From the IMG/VR virus record IMGVR_UViG_3300046806_000620, positions 1 to 33,834 of that record: a stretch of DNA of 33,834 bases; one strand, 5' to 3'. A program made the position numbers and the translations under genes. Under the pieces are notes generated by a model. That model saw only the letters and a list, made by a program, of their open reading frames with translations. It searched no databases and was not told where the DNA came from. The DNA comes from a virus. Taxonomy: Duplodnaviria > Caudoviricetes. Below, piece by piece: positions 8,128 through 18,541 of the stretch. Position 1 is the first letter of the stretch. Each line of letters begins with the position of its first letter.

Positions 8128-8526
8128 ATGGAAGATTTTATCTTATCGGAAACAAGAACAATTTTTAACAAAGCCATAAAAAGATTCGCAAAAGAAAATA
8201 AAAAAGAACAATTAGATGTCTCTTTTCTTTTGAATTTGACCTCTGAACGAGAAGTTGGTTATATGTATTGTCAAGACCATGCTCCATTAAGGGAAACTAA
8301 TATCAAAGAGATACTAAATGTTAAAGCTTTTGATATGAAGGGATATACTGTTTTAGTTCCCCCTCAAATCAAAAAAATTATTGAGAATTTAGAGGCTCGA
8401 ATGAGCTCAAATAATATAGAAGTATGTGTTTACCTAGATAGAGAAGACGAGGATGAAGTTCGTTATTTCGTATATCAAGATGGTAAATATATAAAAGAAA
8501 TTAGTTTACTTGAATTGATTAAATAA
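8128..8526 (+). CDS. Soluble hypothetical protein
   Basis: 132-aa charged ORF with no TM and an A-rich start context. Confidence 0.75.
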   Translation: MEDFILSETRTIFNKAIKRFAKENKKEQLDVSFLLNLTSEREVGYMYCQDHAPLRETNIKEILNVKAFDMKGYTVLVPPQIKKIIENLEARMSSNNIEVCVYLDREDEDEVRYFVYQDGKYIKEISLLELIK

Positions 8527-8532
8527 TTTGTA

Positions 8533-11500
8533 ATGAGTAGTACATTTTTAGGAGGAGATACTTTTAGTTTTATTAGTGGCGGCTCAGGCGGTGGCTCAGG
8601 AACAGGTGGTTCTGCGGGTACATCGGGAGTGTCAGGTACTTCAGGTACATCAGGTACTCTTGGTACTAGTGGTATAAGCTATGGCTCTAGTGGAACTAGT
8701 GGTGCATCAGGGACTTCAGGTACATCAGGCTCTACAGGTTTAACAGGAACTGCAGGTACAAGTGGTGCTGCAGGTTCTTCAGGGACTTCAGGAAATTCTA
8801 CTGCAGGTACTGCAGGTTCATCAGGAACTTCAGGTATAACGCCTCAATCAGGAACTAGTGGTTCTGCAGGTACAAGTGGTGCTGCAGGTTCTAGTGGTAC
8901 ATCAGGCTCTTCAGGAAATAATGGCTCTAGTGGTACTTCAGGTGGTGAAGGTTCATCAGGTAGTTCAGGCACTAGTGGTGTTGATGCAACAGCAGGAACT
9001 TCAGGTTCTAGCGGTTCTTCGGCATCTTCAGGTTCTAGCGGTACTGCAGGTTCTTCAGGTTCAAGCGGTACAACAGGAACAGATGGTTCTAGTGGCTCTT
9101 CGGGTACAGCAGGTGCTGATGGCTCTAGCGGTACTTCAGGTCAAGATGCGACTGCAGGTACAAGTGGTCAAGATGCAACAGCAGGAACAAGTGGCTCTAG
9201 TGGTACTTCAGGAACTCATGGCTCTAATGGTACTTCAGGTACATCAGGTTCAGCAGGAACTTCAGCAACTAGTGGGGTGGATGGTACAAGTGGAACAGAT
9301 GGCTCTAGTGGTACTTCAGGTCAAGATGCAACTGCAGGAACTAGTGGTCAAGATGCAACAGCAGGTACTTCAGGTACTTCGGGAACAAATGGAACTTCAG
9401 GTTCAGCAGGAACTTCAGGTTCAGCAGGAACTAGTGGTTCAGCAGGAACTTCAGGAACTTCAGGTTCAGCAGGAACAGCAGGTTTATCAGGAGATAGATA
9501 TAAAACAACTTCAATTACTGAATTTACTTTAGCAGGTTCAGGACAAATTACAATTACAATTGGTTTAGGACTTGCTTACTCAATAGGACAAGCCGTAACA
9601 ATCGCATACGATATTAACAACATCCAATTTGGAGATGTTGTATCTTATAACTCAAACACAGGTATATTTGTATTTAATGCAACTACATTCGTTGGTTCGG
9701 GTACATATAATTTTTGGACAGTAAACTTATCAGGTTCTGCGGGTGGAGATGGTTCTTCAGGAACATCAGGTTCTTCAGGAACAAATGGTACTTCAGGCTC
9801 TACAGGAACAAGTGGTACAAGTGCAAGTTCAGGTTCTAGTGGTACAACAGGAACTGATGGTTCTAGTGGTACTAGTGCAGCAGATGGAACTTCAGGTGTC
9901 AATGGAACTTCAGGTACTGATGGTTCAAGCGGTACTTCAGGTACTGATGGCTCTAGTGGTACATCGGGTACAAACGGAACTTCAGGTTCTAGTGGTACAA
10001 ACGGTACAGACGGAAGCTCAGGAACTTCAGGAACAGACGGTTCAAGCGGAACAAGTGGAACAAACGGAACTTCAGGTACAGATGGTTCAAGTGGAACTAG
10101 TGGTACAGATGGTTCAAGCGGAACTAGTGCAACTTCAGGTACAGATGGAAGCTCAGGAACTTCAGGAACTACGGGTACAACAGGAACTTCAGGAAGCTCA
10201 GGAACTACGGGTACTAGCGGTACAGATGGTAGTTCAGGCACTACAGGAACTAGCGGTACTTCAGCAAGTTCAGGAACTTCAGGTTCATCAGGTACTAACG
10301 GAACTTCAGGTTCTAGTGGTACAGATGGCTCTTCAGGAACTTCAGGTTCATCAGGAACTACAGGTACTGCGGGTACTGCGGGTATTTCAGGAGATAGATA
10401 TAGAACAGCTTCTACAAGTACAGCTACTTTAGGAGTTGGTGGAGCAATAACTGTTAATACAGGATTGGCTTATTCAGTAGCTCAATCAGTAATAATAGCT
10501 TATGATGGTGCAAACTATCAAATATCAGAGGTAATTGCTTATAATTCAGGTAATGGTCAATTAACTTATAGTGCACCTATAGACACAGTAGGTTCAGGTA
10601 CTTATAGTGCGTGGCAAGTAAACTTAGCGGGTGCATCAGGAGGAGATGGTACTTCAGGTACAAATGGTACTTCAGGTAGCTCAGGTTCAAGTGGCTCTAG
10701 TGGCTCTAGCGGAACTTCAGGTTCTAGCGGTACTGATGGTTCAAATGGAACTTCAGGTTCTAGCGGTTCTTCAGGTACAGCAGGTGTTGATGGTACTTCA
10801 GGAACAGACGGTTCAAGTGGTACTTCAGGAACTACAGGTACAGATGGTTCTAGTGGAACTTCAGCAACAGCAGGTACTTCAGGTATTGATGCAACAGCAG
10901 GAACTTCAGGTTCAAGCGGTACTTCAGGTACTTCAGGTACGACAGGTACAAGCGGAACTTCAGGTTCAAGCGGTACTTCAGGAACTACAGGAACAGACGG
11001 TTCAAGTGGAACTAGTGGAATAGATGGTACTTCAGGAACTACAGGAACAGACGGTTCAAGTGGAACTAGTGGAATAGATGGTACTTCAGGTACTGATGGC
11101 TCTAACGGTACTTCAGGAACTACAGGAACAGACGGTTCAAGTGGAACTAGTGGAATAGACGGTACTTCAGGTACTGATGGTTCTAGTGGTACAAATGGCT
11201 CTTCAGGTACTAGTGGAACTAACGGGTCTAGTGGAACTGCAGGTACTTCAGGAACAAATGGTACAGATGGTAGTTCAGGTACAGCAGGAACAACAGGTAC
11301 TAGTGGTACTTCAGGTACTTCAGCTTCAAGTGGTTCATCAGGAACAGCAGGTACTTCAGGAACAAATGGTACAGCAGGTACAGCAGGAACTACAGGTACT
11401 GATGGTTCAAGTGGAACTAGTGGACAAGATGCTACATCAGGAACAGATGGTTCTTCAGGAACATCAGGAACAACAGGTACAAGTGGTACTTCAGCTACAG

Positions 11501-12519
11501 ATGGTTCTTCAGGAACATCAGGAACAAGTGGTACTTCAGCTACAAGCGGAACTTCAGCTACCGATGGCTCTAGTGGTACAACAGGTACTGATGGCTCTAG
11601 TGGTACTTCAGGTCAAAATGCAACAGCAGGAACTAGTGGTTCATCAGGAACTAATGGTACATCAGGTACTTCAGGTTCAGCAGGAACTGCAGGTTTATCA
11701 GGAGATAGATATAAGTCAGCTTCAATAAGCACATATTTAATTGGCGGAATAGGTTCATCAGGTACAATAACAATTGGTACAGGTCTACAATGGACAACAG
11801 CACAATCTGTATTAATTGCTTATGATGCTGCTAACTATGTTATTGCTGAGGTAAATTCATATTCTTCAGCTACGGGTATAATGACATTTACAGTAGTTGA
11901 CCCTATTGGTTCAGGTACTTATTCTTCTTGGCAAGTAAACCTTGCGGGTGCTTCAGGAGGAGATGGTACATCAGGTACATCAGGCTCTAGTGGTACGGCT
12001 GCAACAGCAGGTACTTCAGGTCAAGATGCAACATCAGGTACTTCAGGTCAGGATGCAACATCAGGTACTTCAGGTAGCTCAGGTACAAGCGGTACTTCAG
12101 CATCAAGTGGTAGTTCAGGTACAAGCGGTACTTCAGGTACTTCGGGTACGACAGGTACAAGCGGAACAGATGGCTCATCAGGAACAGCAGGAACTTCAGG
12201 TCAAGATGCAACAGCAGGAACTTCAGGTTCAAGCGGTACAACAGGTACTAGCGGTACTTCAGGAACAGCAGGTACAGATGGCTCAAGCGGTACAACAGGT
12301 ACTAGCGGTACTTCAGGAACAACAGGTACAGATGGCTCAAGCGGTACAACAGGCACTTCAGGTACAAGTGGAACTGCAGGTACAGCAGGTACAACAGGTA
12401 CTTCTGCAACTTCAGGTGCAACTTCTGTGTATTCAGGTACATCAGGTTCAAGTGAAACATTACCTTTAGCTGAAGCTACTACTACAAGCACTACAACTAC
12501 AACAACAACAGCAGCTTAA
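8533..12519 (+). CDS. Giant Gly-Ser-Thr collagen-like fibre protein with three internal beta domains
   Basis: Gly at every third residue ([15 protein letters not shown]) over most of 1328 aa; three homologous ~85-aa domains GDRY...W.VNL.G at about 9481-9750, 10381-10650 and 11692-11967; Thr-rich C-terminal tail. Confidence 0.9.
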   Translation: MSSTFLGGDTFSFISGGSGGGSGTGGSAGTSGVSGTSGTSGTLGTSGISYGSSGTSGASGTSGTSGSTGLTGTAGTSGAAGSSGTSGNSTAGTAGSSGTSGITPQSGTSGSAGTSGAAGSSGTSGSSGNNGSSGTSGGEGSSGSSGTSGVDATAGTSGSSGSSASSGSSGTAGSSGSSGTTGTDGSSGSSGTAGADGSSGTSGQDATAGTSGQDATAGTSGSSGTSGTHGSNGTSGTSGSAGTSATSGVDGTSGTDGSSGTSGQDATAGTSGQDATAGTSGTSGTNGTSGSAGTSGSAGTSGSAGTSGTSGSAGTAGLSGDRYKTTSITEFTLAGSGQITITIGLGLAYSIGQAVTIAYDINNIQFGDVVSYNSNTGIFVFNATTFVGSGTYNFWTVNLSGSAGGDGSSGTSGSSGTNGTSGSTGTSGTSASSGSSGTTGTDGSSGTSAADGTSGVNGTSGTDGSSGTSGTDGSSGTSGTNGTSGSSGTNGTDGSSGTSGTDGSSGTSGTNGTSGTDGSSGTSGTDGSSGTSATSGTDGSSGTSGTTGTTGTSGSSGTTGTSGTDGSSGTTGTSGTSASSGTSGSSGTNGTSGSSGTDGSSGTSGSSGTTGTAGTAGISGDRYRTASTSTATLGVGGAITVNTGLAYSVAQSVIIAYDGANYQISEVIAYNSGNGQLTYSAPIDTVGSGTYSAWQVNLAGASGGDGTSGTNGTSGSSGSSGSSGSSGTSGSSGTDGSNGTSGSSGSSGTAGVDGTSGTDGSSGTSGTTGTDGSSGTSATAGTSGIDATAGTSGSSGTSGTSGTTGTSGTSGSSGTSGTTGTDGSSGTSGIDGTSGTTGTDGSSGTSGIDGTSGTDGSNGTSGTTGTDGSSGTSGIDGTSGTDGSSGTNGSSGTSGTNGSSGTAGTSGTNGTDGSSGTAGTTGTSGTSGTSASSGSSGTAGTSGTNGTAGTAGTTGTDGSSGTSGQDATSGTDGSSGTSGTTGTSGTSATDGSSGTSGTSGTSATSGTSATDGSSGTTGTDGSSGTSGQNATAGTSGSSGTNGTSGTSGSAGTAGLSGDRYKSASISTYLIGGIGSSGTITIGTGLQWTTAQSVLIAYDAANYVIAEVNSYSSATGIMTFTVVDPIGSGTYSSWQVNLAGASGGDGTSGTSGSSGTAATAGTSGQDATSGTSGQDATSGTSGSSGTSGTSASSGSSGTSGTSGTSGTTGTSGTDGSSGTAGTSGQDATAGTSGSSGTTGTSGTSGTAGTDGSSGTTGTSGTSGTTGTDGSSGTTGTSGTSGTAGTAGTTGTSATSGATSVYSGTSGSSETLPLAEATTTSTTTTTTTAA

Positions 12520-12546
12520 AAAAAACCATAAAAAATTGAAAAAAAT

Positions 12547-13797
12547 ATGCCTACATATTCCAATATAACATTTCAAATTCAACCGAATTTATTATTCAAA
12601 ACGCATGATTTTGTAACTGCAACTAGTCCACCAAATGTATCAATATACGGACAAGTAGTTTCATATAACTCGACAACGGGAGATTTAGTTATTACGCCCT
12701 TAACTTATTCAGGGGATGCAGGTTCGTATAATACATGGACAGTTAGTTTAATTGGTTATAATGGTTCTAGCGGTACTTCAGGTACTTCAGGAAACAGTTC
12801 AGCAGCAGGGTCTGCAGGTACAAATGGTACTTCAGGTGTTAGTGGGACTAATGGTACTAATGGAACTAACGGTTCTAACGGAACTTCAGGCACATCTGCT
12901 TCTTCAGGTTCTGCAGGAACATCTGCATCTTCAGGAACTGCAGGGCAAACAGGTTCAAATGGTACTAGTGGTACTTCAGGTACAAACGCAGTATCAGCAA
13001 GAAGCGGTACTTCAGGAACTTCAGGTTCAATTGGAGCTTATGCAAGTGCAGGAGGTTCAGGAATAAGTCGTTCTTCAGGGACATCAGGAACTTCAGGTTC
13101 ATCGGGCGTTACAGGTCCAACAGGAGCACAAGGTCCAACAGGAGCTGCAGGTGGTCAAGGTCCCGCAGGAGCAAAAGGTACTTCAGGTTCAAGTGGTGCT
13201 CAAGGCCCTACAGGAGCACAAGGTCCACAAGGCCCTACAGGTCCACAAGGTATTCAACCTGCTTCAGCTCCTACAGGTGGTCAAGGTGGTACAGGTGCAA
13301 CAGGTAGTTCAGCAAGTTATAACCAAAACTTAAATGTTGGTGCAGGACCTATAGTATTTGGTACTTTAACAGGAAGCCAATATTTATTTACTTATGGTAG
13401 ATATTATACAGCAGGAGACCAAGGTAAAGGAATTGCTAGTAATGTTGCTCCTACTTGGCAAGGATTTGGGTTTGGATGGGCAACTAATGCTGCTTTAGGT
13501 GGTGTTTATTTCTATAATCCATCTTTAAGAGAATTAAAAAAAGATATTCAGCCCTTTGTAAAATCGGCTATGGATATTTTAAATAGAACAGAAATAGTTA
13601 GTTATAAACTTGATTCAGGAGTACATGATGATGTAACTTTAATTGGATTTATTGCAGAAAATACTCCTGCTGAATTAGCAACAGAACAGCATGATAAAAT
13701 GGATAATACCAATACTTTGAGTGTTATTTTAAAAGCGATACAAGAAATTGACAATAGAATAATAGCTTTACAAAATAAGAAAAATGCCATACGCTAA
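12547..13797 (+). CDS. Collagen-like fibre 1 with C-terminal peptidase S74 intramolecular chaperone
   Basis: N-terminal shared beta domain, GTS repeats, GPT/GAQ/GPQ collagen, aromatic tip, SLRELKKDI...GFIAE...KAIQE. Confidence 0.9.
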   Translation: MPTYSNITFQIQPNLLFKTHDFVTATSPPNVSIYGQVVSYNSTTGDLVITPLTYSGDAGSYNTWTVSLIGYNGSSGTSGTSGNSSAAGSAGTNGTSGVSGTNGTNGTNGSNGTSGTSASSGSAGTSASSGTAGQTGSNGTSGTSGTNAVSARSGTSGTSGSIGAYASAGGSGISRSSGTSGTSGSSGVTGPTGAQGPTGAAGGQGPAGAKGTSGSSGAQGPTGAQGPQGPTGPQGIQPASAPTGGQGGTGATGSSASYNQNLNVGAGPIVFGTLTGSQYLFTYGRYYTAGDQGKGIASNVAPTWQGFGFGWATNAALGGVYFYNPSLRELKKDIQPFVKSAMDILNRTEIVSYKLDSGVHDDVTLIGFIAENTPAELATEQHDKMDNTNTLSVILKAIQEIDNRIIALQNKKNAIR

Positions 13798-15013
13798 TAT
13801 AAACATAACAACAACAACAGGATTAGCTTTTGTAACAGGTGATAATGTGCAATTAAGCTATGATGCTGATAATTATATTATTGGAATTGTAGTATCTTAT
13901 GATTCGTCAACAGGTGCTATGACGGTAACTCCAACAAAATCTGTTGGTAGCGGAACTTATAGTGATTGGATAGTTTCATTAACAGGATTAAGTGGTTCTA
14001 GTGGAACTTCAGGTGTAAGCGGTACTTATGGTACAAGTGCTTCATCAGGAACTTCGGGAACGGATGGTAGTTCAGGTACAAGTGCAACAAGTGGCACATC
14101 TTCATTATCAGGAACTTCAGGTTCTACAGGTACTTATGGAACTTCAGCTTCAAGTGGTTCTAGTGGACTTTCTCAATTATCAACAGTAAATGGAACTTCA
14201 GGTTCATCAGGAACAAGTGGTTCTTCAGGGACATCAGGAACTTCAGGTTCATCGGGTATTGCAAATTTATCAGGTTCATCAGGAACTTCAGGCACAAGTG
14301 CTTCTAGTGGAACAAACGGTGCAAGTGGTGGTAGTGGAGTAAGCGGAGTTAATGGTCCACAAGGTCCAACAGGTGCACAAGGTCCACAAGGTCCAACAGG
14401 AGTAGCAGGTTCTTCAGGTGTTTCAGGAGTAAATGGTCCAACAGGAGCACAAGGTGGTGCAGGTGGTCAGGGACCAACAGGCCCTCAAGGTCCTTCAAGA
14501 ACAGGTCCAACAGGTCCAACAGGTCCTACAGGAGCACAAGGTCCTCAAACAGTTTATAATCAGGCTTTGAATACAAATAGTAATGTTTCATTTTATTCTA
14601 TGGAAGGTGCAGGTCCATTATATGCTCCTATATTTTATGTTGCTGACGGTGCTCAATTTAATGCTGCATTTGACTATTTACCGCATGGTTGGATAGGCGA
14701 TTCTGCTAATTGGTATACTTATGGTGCGGTGGGTGCTGCTTATTTTTTTGGTACTTCTACTCAAGAGGTAAAAAAGAATATTGAGCCATTTACAAAATCT
14801 GCTATAGATATTATTAAGCAAACAGATATAGTATCGTATAAGTATGATTTAGATGATTTAGAACAAAGTGAAATCCCTAAAATAGGATTTATTGCAGATA
14901 ATACACCAAAAGAATTATCAGGCTCTAAACAAGATATGATGGAGATTAACTCAACTATAGCAATTGCTATAAAAGCAGTTCAAGAATTAGACGAAAAAAT
15001 TATAAATTTGTAA
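13784..15013 (+). CDS. Collagen-like fibre 2 with peptidase S74 chaperone
   Basis: Same architecture; STQEVKKNI...GFIAD...KAVQEL. Confidence 0.9.
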   Translation: MPYANINITTTTGLAFVTGDNVQLSYDADNYIIGIVVSYDSSTGAMTVTPTKSVGSGTYSDWIVSLTGLSGSSGTSGVSGTYGTSASSGTSGTDGSSGTSATSGTSSLSGTSGSTGTYGTSASSGSSGLSQLSTVNGTSGSSGTSGSSGTSGTSGSSGIANLSGSSGTSGTSASSGTNGASGGSGVSGVNGPQGPTGAQGPQGPTGVAGSSGVSGVNGPTGAQGGAGGQGPTGPQGPSRTGPTGPTGPTGAQGPQTVYNQALNTNSNVSFYSMEGAGPLYAPIFYVADGAQFNAAFDYLPHGWIGDSANWYTYGAVGAAYFFGTSTQEVKKNIEPFTKSAIDIIKQTDIVSYKYDLDDLEQSEIPKIGFIADNTPKELSGSKQDMMEINSTIAIAIKAVQELDEKIINL

Positions 15014-15029
15014 AATAAATAACAATATT

Positions 15030-15398
15030 ATGGCTATAACTTACCGTTGGGAAATTTTAAGACTTCAAGTACAACCTACTTCTAATGGTAGAGAAAATGT
15101 ATTATATAGGGTACATTGGAAATTATGGGGAAAAATAGTAGATGAAACAGGAGAGTATGAATCTAGCATAGAAGATGTTACTACTTTAAGATTTAATCCT
15201 AATGATGGTTTTTTACCTTTTGAGGAATTAATACAAAATCATAGTTTAATTATTAGATGGGTAGAAGCTAGAGAAAATGAAAGAGGAAGAAATATGGATT
15301 GGAGAAAGCAAGAGCTTAATAAATTAGTAATGAAAAAAAAGACTCCAACTATTGTTGATTATAATACAAATGGACAAAAAATAATACCTCTAAATTAA
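15030..15398 (+). CDS. Fibre-associated small protein (DUF7936-like, tentative)
   Basis: ITYRWEI..L......VHW.....FLPFEEL....IIRWV pattern resembles small proteins commonly encoded beside phage S74 fibres. Confidence 0.6.
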   Translation: MAITYRWEILRLQVQPTSNGRENVLYRVHWKLWGKIVDETGEYESSIEDVTTLRFNPNDGFLPFEELIQNHSLIIRWVEARENERGRNMDWRKQELNKLVMKKKTPTIVDYNTNGQKIIPLN

Positions 15399-16621
15399 TG
15401 GCTTATTCTAATATAACACTTACTTGTAGTACAAACCTTAGTTTTAGGACAAATGATTTTGTACAAGTTACTTATGATGAATTAAACTACTTCGTAGGAA
15501 GAGTAGTTTCTTATAATGCAGGAACGGGTATTATGGTATTAACTCCTTCTATAAGTGTAGGTAGTGGTACTTTTTCACAATGGACTGTATCTTTAGCTGC
15601 AGAGAATGGGACAAACGGAACAAGTAATATTTCAGGAACTAATGGCACAAGTGGTCAACACTCAACAAGCGGAAATTCAGCATCAAGTGGTACTTCAGGA
15701 ACGAATGGTTCTGCAGGTACTTCAGGATTAAGTGATTTATCAGGCTCAAGTGGTACATCGGGAACAAATGGTTCTGCAGCTACTTCAGGAACATCAGGTA
15801 CAAATGGAATTAGTAATATTAGTAATATTTCAGGCTCAAATGGTACAGCAGGAACTAATGGTTCTAATGCTACATCAGGTTCAAGTGGTACATCAGGAAC
15901 TTCAGGCTCAAGCGGTGTAGGTGGTCTTTCAGGAACATCAGGGTCATCAGGTACAAGTGGTGCTCAAGGCCCTACGGGTGCACAAGGTCCACAAGGTCCA
16001 ACAGGTGCTGCAGGTTCGAATGGTACTTCGGGTTCATCAGGTGTAAATGGTGGTCAAGGTCCCGCAGGTCCAACAGGTCCCGCAGGTGGTCAAGGTCCCG
16101 CAGGTTCAGTTATTACAGGCCCTACAGGTCCAACAGGTCCAACAGGCCCCGCAAATAGTAATAATCAAACTTTGAATCAAGCTTCTCCTATGACATTTAA
16201 TCAATGTTTTTGGAACCAATTATATTATGCAACTCAAGCACAAGCGTATGATGGTCAAGGAGCTAGAAGCAATAGTGGTATTAATTTTATTACAGCTCCA
16301 AATGAGTGGAAAAGTACTAATGGAGGAATAGGTTCTCCAAACTTTTTTCCTACATCAACTGAAGAATTAAAATATGATATTCAACCTTTTACTAAATCAG
16401 CATTAAATATTCTTAACGCAACTAAAATTGTTAGTTATGAATTTGATATTGATACAATGGAAGGAGAAACTAAATATGGTTTCATTGCAGAAGACACACC
16501 TGAAGAAATTGCAGGTACTACCCATGACAGAATTATAATATCTTCAAGTATGGGAGTACTAATAAAAGCCCTTCAAGAATTGGATATTAAATTAAAAGCA
16601 AAAGAGGACTTATACTCATAA
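15398..16621 (+). CDS. Collagen-like fibre 3 with peptidase S74 chaperone
   Basis: Same architecture; STEELKYDI...GFIAE...KALQEL. Confidence 0.9.
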   Translation: MAYSNITLTCSTNLSFRTNDFVQVTYDELNYFVGRVVSYNAGTGIMVLTPSISVGSGTFSQWTVSLAAENGTNGTSNISGTNGTSGQHSTSGNSASSGTSGTNGSAGTSGLSDLSGSSGTSGTNGSAATSGTSGTNGISNISNISGSNGTAGTNGSNATSGSSGTSGTSGSSGVGGLSGTSGSSGTSGAQGPTGAQGPQGPTGAAGSNGTSGSSGVNGGQGPAGPTGPAGGQGPAGSVITGPTGPTGPTGPANSNNQTLNQASPMTFNQCFWNQLYYATQAQAYDGQGARSNSGINFITAPNEWKSTNGGIGSPNFFPTSTEELKYDIQPFTKSALNILNATKIVSYEFDIDTMEGETKYGFIAEDTPEEIAGTTHDRIIISSSMGVLIKALQELDIKLKAKEDLYS

Positions 16622-16640
16622 AAATAAAAAATAAAATTTA

Positions 16641-16657
16641 AAAAATAACCATGCAAA
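16641..16657 (+). repeat. Left arm of a 17-bp inverted repeat AAAAATAACCATGCAAA (pairs with 27503-27519)
   Basis: Exact reverse complement of TTTGCATGGTTATTTTT at 27503-27519; spans the ATG at 16651. Confidence 0.85.
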
Positions 16658-17250
16658 TCCAACCCATCTTTGAAACCGCAGAATGTGATATGGTAAATTA
16701 TTACTATTTTCAAATCGGTTTAAATCAACAAGAAATAGATAAAGTTTTTAGTTTAGTAGAAAAGTTACCATACCATGAAGCTCTTGTTGCAGGAGAAGGT
16801 AAATTTAATAAAGAAATAAGGTCATCTAATGTTAAATGGATTCCAAAAAATGATGGTTTTGGTTGGTTATATTTTAAACTAATGGAATTAGCATCTGAAG
16901 CTAATAAAAATAGTTGGAATTTTGATTTATATTCAGTTATAGATAATATTCAATATACAGAATACCATGCTACTCAAGAAGGACATTATGGATGGCATCA
17001 AGATATAGGAAATGGGTTAATGTCAAAAAGAAAAGTTTCTATGGTAGTACAACTATCAGACCCTAGTGAGTATGAAGGAGGGGAGTTACAATATTTTAAA
17101 GGTGGAAATCCTGAAAATTCAGAATCAATAATGAAAATGAAAGGGCTTACAGTTGTATTCCCTTCATATATGATGCACAGGGTTACACCTATTACTAAAG
17201 GAGTAAGAAAGTCTCTAGTGTTATGGTTAGGTGGGGAACATTATAAATAA
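16651..17250 (+). CDS. 2OG-Fe(II) oxygenase, prolyl-4-hydroxylase-like / PKHD-type (2OG-FeII_Oxy_3)
   Basis: YGWHQD, RKVSMVVQLSDPSEYEGGEL, FPSYMMHRVTPITKGVRKSLVLW. Confidence 0.9.
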   Translation: MQIQPIFETAECDMVNYYYFQIGLNQQEIDKVFSLVEKLPYHEALVAGEGKFNKEIRSSNVKWIPKNDGFGWLYFKLMELASEANKNSWNFDLYSVIDNIQYTEYHATQEGHYGWHQDIGNGLMSKRKVSMVVQLSDPSEYEGGELQYFKGGNPENSESIMKMKGLTVVFPSYMMHRVTPITKGVRKSLVLWLGGEHYK

Positions 17251-17877
17251 CTAGTATATATCTTTAATTTCTAAGTAGTTAGTCTCATCATTGGAATATC
17301 CAATTCCCCCAACCCAAAAAGAATTAAAAGCTAAACTTATTCTAGTTTTATCTCCTTGTACTTCAGGTACACCATGATAAATAGTAGATGGAAATAATAC
17401 AACATCTCCTGTTTTTACAGGTACATGATATAAATTACTATTAAAAGCATTTGATGTTTCTGTATGAATATGCCATGGGTTTATATCTGTATTTTGAAAT
17501 TCAATTTGGTCTTTAAATTCAGTTGCTTGTATATATATAACGCCACTTATAACGCTATTTGGATGATAGTGTAAATGATGATGTCCTTTTTTATCGGTAT
17601 AATTCAACCATGACTGCGTAATTTTTAATTTTACAGAATTTTCATAAGCAGGTGCTATTATTTTATCAACCCATAAATCTAAGCAATCTTGAGAAAATTT
17701 TTTAATTTCAATAAAAGCAGGGTTTTCTAAAATCCTTCTATTATTTGAGCTACTATTACCAACGCTATGGCCTTTTTTTTCTGAAAAGACTATATCTAAT
17801 TCTTCTAATGTAAATTCTCTATTAAAATTAGTTTTTACAATAGGAGTAGGAAATAATGAATGTATCATGTATTGCAT
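17251..17877 (-). CDS. Putative 2OG-Fe(II) oxygenase (TIGR02466 / 2OG-FeII_Oxy_5-like)
   Basis: LFPTP, SWLN, HYHPNSVISGVIY, GDVVLFPSTIYHGV, RISLAFN. Confidence 0.85.
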   Translation of the reverse strand: MQYMIHSLFPTPIVKTNFNREFTLEELDIVFSEKKGHSVGNSSSNNRRILENPAFIEIKKFSQDCLDLWVDKIIAPAYENSVKLKITQSWLNYTDKKGHHHLHYHPNSVISGVIYIQATEFKDQIEFQNTDINPWHIHTETSNAFNSNLYHVPVKTGDVVLFPSTIYHGVPEVQGDKTRISLAFNSFWVGGIGYSNDETNYLEIKDIY

Positions 17878-17878
17878 A

Positions 17879-18538
17879 CTATAAAGGTTTAAATTGTTTT
17901 TGGTTTGGTAAATCTATTTTTAAAAAATTAATTCCTTTCAATGGTCCTTCTATAAAACCGATATTTCCTGAAAAGAAAGAGTTAAAAGCTAAAGAAACTC
18001 TGCCATCTGTTTCTATTGTTGGAACGGTATGAGTTAAATTTGATGGGAAAATAATAATATCCCCTGTTTCAACTGATATTGTAAATTGGTTACTATTTAT
18101 ACTATTTTCATTATTAGTTTGTATCTGCCAATTTTCTCCTGAATCCATTTTTGTAAATGTTATTGTATCTTTGTCTTTAGTAGCATTGACATAAAGACAT
18201 CCACACAAAATGCTATTATGATGAGTATGTGGATGATGAAACTGACCTTTTTTAGTAAAATTAAGCCAAGAATGGGTTATTTTTAAACTAATGTTATTTG
18301 GGTTTATTGGGTCATAAACTTGTAACAAATAATCGTTCAAAGCATTTTCGCATAATTTCTTAATATCCAAAAGCTTTTGATTTTCAAGTATATATATATC
18401 TTCTGTATTAGATTGATTTTCACGAACTTTGTCTTTAAATGAAAGCATAAAATCAAGCTCTTCTTGAGTAAAAGGCCTATAGATTTTATTCATTGTTATT
18501 ACGGTTGGGAATATTGGCAATATAAATCCTTTTTCCAT
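17879..18538 (-). CDS. Putative 2OG-Fe(II) oxygenase (TIGR02466-like)
   Basis: SWLN, HTHHNS, GDIIIFPSNLTHTV, RVSLAFN. Confidence 0.85.
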   Translation of the reverse strand: MEKGFILPIFPTVITMNKIYRPFTQEELDFMLSFKDKVRENQSNTEDIYILENQKLLDIKKLCENALNDYLLQVYDPINPNNISLKITHSWLNFTKKGQFHHPHTHHNSILCGCLYVNATKDKDTITFTKMDSGENWQIQTNNENSINSNQFTISVETGDIIIFPSNLTHTVPTIETDGRVSLAFNSFFSGNIGFIEGPLKGINFLKIDLPNQKQFKPL

Positions 18539-18541
18539 AAA

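Noticed and set aside
8858-13333. Long alternative-frame ORFs (QVLQV..., VPEVPL...) within the fibre genes
   Set aside because: Shadow frames of Gly/Ser/Thr codon repeats that happen to lack stops; low complexity and nested in real genes.
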